Source of the DNA: a bacterium
GTDB lineage: Bacteria; Hinthialibacterota; Hinthialibacteria; Hinthialibacterales; Hinthialibacteraceae
Length of the DNA: 64,000 nt
NCBI GenBank assembly: GCA_041946805.1
Contig: JBHGBC010000002.1
Coordinates: 32,001-96,000, forward strand
Direction: 5' to 3'
Part shown: piece by piece, positions 60,010 through 64,000 of the stretch
Numbering within the stretch: position 1 is the first letter of the stretch
Layout of the letters: the number at the start of each line of letters is the position of its first letter
Program-made: the position numbers and the translations under genes
The notes under the pieces: generated by a model
The model's input: only the letters and a program-made list of their open reading frames with translations
Databases searched by the model: none
Told to the model about the DNA's origin: nothing

Positions 60010-60993
60010 TTACTTCTTGGGACGGTTATGCGAGGAGGGCAGTGCGTGCGACGAGGGCCACGCCTGGGACGAGGGCCACTGCTCGGTGGTGATGTTCCAC
60101 GGCACGCGCGCCCGCTGCCGCAGTACGTGGGCGGTCACGCCGGCGGACGATCCGCCCCCCGCGGCGAAATCCAGTCCCCCCGCATGCTGCAGGACGTCCT
60201 GGAATTCCTCGCTGACCATGGACCAATGTTCGTCGGTGACCGTGCTTGGCTCCCGCGGGGGCAGGGTCACCCGGTTGGATCGGGCCAACGAACGGAACTT
60301 GCCTTCCGGCCCCTTGAGCCCCAACTCGAATTCGTACGTTTGGCTGTGCGCCAGATTCAGATACCAGTTGTGCGCGTCCAGGAGGATCGGCACATCCTGG
60401 ATAACCCGGCCGCTCTCGTCGTACACCAGCAGGCAGGGATCGGCGATGTCGAAAAACCACTCGCCTTCCTCGGCGCGGATGCTGTTGCGGGTCTCTTCCG
60501 ATATCTCCCAGTACAAGCAGACCCAATGCGGATCCCTCGGCATGGCGCGCAGCACGGTCACTCCATATTGGCCGGGCAGTTCAGGGCCTTCCTCGCCCTC
60601 CCACACCGGCGCGGGTTCGGCCACGGGGGCGGCGGGGGCGGGAGCGGGGACGCCCGATGTGACGGAGGCCGTTTCCAATGCGGTTTGCGGGGCCGGCGCG
60701 GGACGCGCCGGCGGAGCCGTCACCACCTCGTTTGTCTCGGATTTCGCCGCGGCCGAGGGAATCTTTTCCAAGAGCGCGGCTTTCCTGGCCGGATCGGATT
60801 TCATGAATTGCTCCATAATCGGCTTGGTTTCCTCCGGTTTTTCGGATAAGGCATCGACCAGGTCCTGCTTCGACATGGTGCTTCGTCCCGTGATACCCAT
60901 GGATTGCGCGATCCGGTAAAGGGCCGATTTGGTCAATTCGGCCAATTCCTGGAAAAGGGAATTGGAATGCGGGGGATTAGGAGTCGCAGTCAT
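60010..60993 (-). CDS. DUF4912-domain protein with N-terminal Rho-N-like domain
   Basis: LTKSALYRIAQSMGITGRSTMSKQDLV (Rho_N-like) and LPGQYG..VLRAMPRDPHWVCLYWEI...NWYL...LARSNRVTLP. Confidence 0.85.
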   Translation of the reverse strand: MTATPNPPHSNSLFQELAELTKSALYRIAQSMGITGRSTMSKQDLVDALSEKPEETKPIMEQFMKSDPARKAALLEKIPSAAAKSETNEVVTAPPARPAPAPQTALETASVTSGVPAPAPAAPVAEPAPVWEGEEGPELPGQYGVTVLRAMPRDPHWVCLYWEISEETRNSIRAEEGEWFFDIADPCLLVYDESGRVIQDVPILLDAHNWYLNLAHSQTYEFELGLKGPEGKFRSLARSNRVTLPPREPSTVTDEHWSMVSEEFQDVLQHAGGLDFAAGGGSSAGVTAHVLRQRARVPWNITTEQWPSSQAWPSSHALPSSHNRPKK

Positions 60994-61639
60994 GAGTCTC
61001 TCTCTTTCGTCAAACGACGGTTTCCCGGGCTGAGGTACCACGAAGGGTCTGAGTCAGATTTCACATAATAACTCCTAATTATAGTAGCGCAAATCGCATA
61101 CCATAAGGAGAGGATTGGCGTTCAGGGGAAATTCCCTGAAAAAAAGCGATTGACCTGCGGATACGAGGCATCGGGTGTTCAAGGACCAACAATTGGTTAG
61201 AAAAAATCAGCAGAAGCATCCAGCGCGCAGTATGGATGAAGCCCGGCCGGCTGCTCTTCCATCGAGCTGACCGGGAAGATTAACTCCCAATCCCCGTACT
61301 TCCCAGGAAAGGAATACAATGCGGGAATTTTACAGGGGTGAACTCATGCGTACAGCCGCTTGCCGAAGAGGATATAGAAAGCCTTTTTCAACATCCGATG
61401 CCAACTACCCGGTGGAAACGTTTTTCCAAAGGGACCGTGGATTATCCTTGTCTATGCCAGGCCCTTCTGGTATATTCCGTCGGACGTAACCAGAAACCGA
61501 AATGCCGCGCCCCGGTTCCGCCGCCATTTCCGGGACGCGCCAGGCGGTTCCGGCCCCGATGCGGTTTGCCCGTGGAATCCATTCGTCCCACCGGTTGAGG
61601 TCAAATGTCCCCACTCCGGGGATCCAGCATGAAAACGCG

Positions 61640-62764
61640 ATGAATTGGCACCACTATCTCGCCCTCTTCTTCCAAGGCTTTCTTTTCTCGGTGATTATGA
61701 CTCCCGTTATGCGGCGCCTGGCGCCCTCCTTGGGTTTCCTCGATCAGCCCGGCGAACGCAAGGTCCACAGCCATCCCAAACCCCTGCTCGGCGGCGCGGC
61801 GATCTTTCTCTCGTATGTGCTCCTGATCGGCATCGACCTGGCCGTATTGCGCTGGATTTTCGTGCAGGACATCCGCGGGACGGGCTGGCTCGCCAACCAG
61901 CTCAATCTGCTGGCCTGGAACGCGGCGGGTGTCACCCGGGTGATCCACCAGTTGGCGGGCCTGCTGGCCGGGGGAACGGTCCTGTTCCTCGTGGGGCTGG
62001 TGGACGACCGGATCGGGCTGAAACCCTTCGTGAAACTGGCCGCCCAGACCCTCGCCGCCGTGATCCTTTACCTGGCCAACGTGCAGATCGCCTTGTTCAT
62101 CTATCACCCGATGATCAATTTTCTCATCACCCTTGCCTGGATCGTCCTCATCACCAACTCCTTCAACCTGCTGGACAACATGGACGGCCTCTCGGGGGGA
62201 GTGGCCATGATCTGCCTGATCCTCATCGGCATCTCCACGCAGTTGGTCAACAAGCAGATCTTCATGACCTCCGCGTCGTTCGCCCTGGCGGGCTGCATTG
62301 CTGGATTTTTGCGGTATAACCTGCATCCCTCCACGATCTTCATGGGCGATGCGGGTTCATTGTTCATCGGCTTCACGGTGGCGGCCCTGACCATTCAAGC
62401 CACGTACTATCAATACGGCACCGAAACCGCCACCGCCTGGGCGGTGGTGATGCCCTTCGTTATCCTGGCGGTGCCCATTTTCGATACGCTGTCGGTGATC
62501 TGCATCCGGCTGCGCAATCACAAGCCGGTCTTCGTAGGCGACAAAAACCATTTTTCCCACCGCCTCGTGGCCCTGGGCATGAGCCAGCGGCGGGCGGTGT
62601 TCTTTATTCATCTGATCACCTTGTGCGAGGGCAGCGCGGCGCTCATCCTGGCCATCATCACCGAGTCGTTCGGGGCCTATATCGTGTTGACCCAGACGGT
62701 GCTCTTCTTCATCATCATCGCCATGCTGGAACGGGTGCGCAATCACTCCCAACCGTCTTCTTGA
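61640..62764 (+). CDS. WecA/TagO-like undecaprenyl-phosphate GlcNAc-1-P transferase (MraY/WecA family)
   Basis: DQPGERKVH..PKPLLGG, GLVDD, NSFNLLDNMDGL, IFMGDAGS and DKNHFSHRL motifs. Confidence 0.9.
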   Translation: MNWHHYLALFFQGFLFSVIMTPVMRRLAPSLGFLDQPGERKVHSHPKPLLGGAAIFLSYVLLIGIDLAVLRWIFVQDIRGTGWLANQLNLLAWNAAGVTRVIHQLAGLLAGGTVLFLVGLVDDRIGLKPFVKLAAQTLAAVILYLANVQIALFIYHPMINFLITLAWIVLITNSFNLLDNMDGLSGGVAMICLILIGISTQLVNKQIFMTSASFALAGCIAGFLRYNLHPSTIFMGDAGSLFIGFTVAALTIQATYYQYGTETATAWAVVMPFVILAVPIFDTLSVICIRLRNHKPVFVGDKNHFSHRLVALGMSQRRAVFFIHLITLCEGSAALILAIITESFGAYIVLTQTVLFFIIIAMLERVRNHSQPSS

Positions 62765-63261
62765 GTTTCATCCGGCCGCGGCGGCGGGTCTTTCTGGCGC
62801 AGCCATTCCCAAAAGATGATCCGGAACAACAGAAGGACTACCAGAAAAATGAAGAGGTTTTTGATCAAGTAGTACGGGACCGGATTTTGCAGCCGGACTT
62901 CACCGAATAGCACATACTCCATCCCGTTCATCAGGTAGAGCAGTCCCATCAGCAAACCCAGGTAGAAGACATGCGACTCGTAGGCGGTCCAACGGGACAA
63001 CCGCCACGCCCGGTAGAGGATGGCGGCCGAAAAGAGGGTGAACAACAAGGCGATCAGGGCGTACACCACCAAGCCCAGGTTGTTGCGCAGATGGACAAAG
63101 CCGAGAGGCGTCAGGTTGAACGCGATCGTGGTTTCCAGGTACAGGCCGAACAGAAACGCGATGACGAGCGTCAGGATCACGGAAATCTTGATGAGGGGCG
63201 ACTTCCATAAATCCATATCACCCGCCGATTCATCCGGATGAGTGATCGATTGCTGTTCCAT
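62743..63261 (-). CDS. Hypothetical integral membrane protein (4 TM)
   Basis: 172 aa with four hydrophobic segments; 3' end overlaps the wecA-like gene. Confidence 0.65.
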   Translation of the reverse strand: MEQQSITHPDESAGDMDLWKSPLIKISVILTLVIAFLFGLYLETTIAFNLTPLGFVHLRNNLGLVVYALIALLFTLFSAAILYRAWRLSRWTAYESHVFYLGLLMGLLYLMNGMEYVLFGEVRLQNPVPYYLIKNLFIFLVVLLLFRIIFWEWLRQKDPPPRPDETQEDGWE

Positions 63262-63466
63262 GAGTGAGTATCATACAAAGAAATCACCGCGGATCAAAGC
63301 AATGGACGTTTGGATCGGCACGAAAATTCCTGGCCGTGGTTTCATGGCCGTCCGGCCATTTACTTCCTTCCCGCGGTTCGCCTAGAATGACTGGCTGGAG
63401 ATCGTACTACGGGGGAATCGGAAAAAGAACGCGCCCCCGGTTTATTTCTGTCTGGGAAGGTCTACC

Positions 63467-64000
63467 ATGCGGATCCTGGTCACCAATGTCGGCAGCACCT
63501 CACTCAAGTACCATCTCTACGATTTCCCCCAGGAACAGTCGCGGGCTTCCGGACGGGTGGAACGGATCGGCTCGGGAAAGGGGATGGCGGCCTGGAACCA
63601 CGGCGGGCAAACAGGCAGCGCGGAACAGGCCTTCGCCAGCCACCGCGAGGCCATCGAGTTCATCCTGGAAAAACTGCGGGAGAACGGCCTCGCCTCCATC
63701 AGCGATTTGGACTGTGTGGCCTTCAAGACCGTCATCGCCAAGGGATACGTAGGCTGCGAATGGCTGGATGAAACGGTCTTGCAGGCCATGCAGGATTATG
63801 TATTTCTGGCCCCCGCCCACAATCCCCCGTACATCAAGGCCATCCGCCTGTTCCGGGAGATTCTGCCGGACACGCCGCTGATCGGCCTGTTCGAACCAGC
63901 CTTTCACCTCACCATGCCCGAGTACGCCCGGGTGTACCCCATCCCCAAGGCCTGGCGGGAGAAACACCGGATCCAACGCTATGGATTTCACGGCGCGTCG
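63467..64000 (+). CDS. ackA: Acetate/propionate kinase family protein, 3'-partial (not in ORF track)
   Basis: Manual translation gives MRILVTNVGSTSLKY...GRVERIG...LAPAHNPP...FEPAFHLTMP...RYGFHGAS, running off the window. Confidence 0.88.
   Translation, partial: MRILVTNVGSTSLKYHLYDFPQEQSRASGRVERIGSGKGMAAWNHGGQTGSAEQAFASHREAIEFILEKLRENGLASISDLDCVAFKTVIAKGYVGCEWLDETVLQAMQDYVFLAPAHNPPYIKAIRLFREILPDTPLIGLFEPAFHLTMPEYARVYPIPKAWREKHRIQRYGFHGAS

Noticed and set aside
61121..61146. Hairpin TTCAGGGG-AAT-TCCCTGAA with an A-run, as a terminator
   Set aside because: The U-tract is on the wrong side for either strand, and it sits between divergent genes.

Overview
This is a GC-rich bacterial chromosomal window. 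The gene content and secreted-protein style suggest an uncultivated glycan-degrading lineage such as Hinthialibacterota/OLB16-like bacteria; this is inference only. The core is housekeeping: a minus-strand smc-mreBCD-mrdA-rodA-purL-purQ block, a peptide ABC transporter (no ATPase in the window), icd, ppc, zur-znuACB with a palindromic operator, RNase G, and polysaccharide genes (SLBB exporter, sugar transferase, flippase, nucleotidyltransferase, WecA-like). It also carries nagA, two BNR/sialidase proteins, an Ogl-like propeller and a partial acetate kinase. No rRNA, tRNA or CRISPR array was seen. The most notable observations are: (1) a ~200-230 bp diverged dispersed element in four same-strand copies that embeds two different REP hairpins at conserved spacing; (2) a Hel308/Ski2-like helicase fused to a C-terminal OmpR-type winged helix; (3) an AT-rich cassette of a large unknown protein plus a frameshifted PIN/VapC nuclease; (4) a shared short C-terminal motif on two unrelated secreted proteins, a candidate sorting signal; (5) NrdR-like and DnaA boxes upstream of smc; (6) an IS66-like remnant next to an AT-rich Tat-exported DUF362 gene; and (7) a microcompartment-type acetate kinase.
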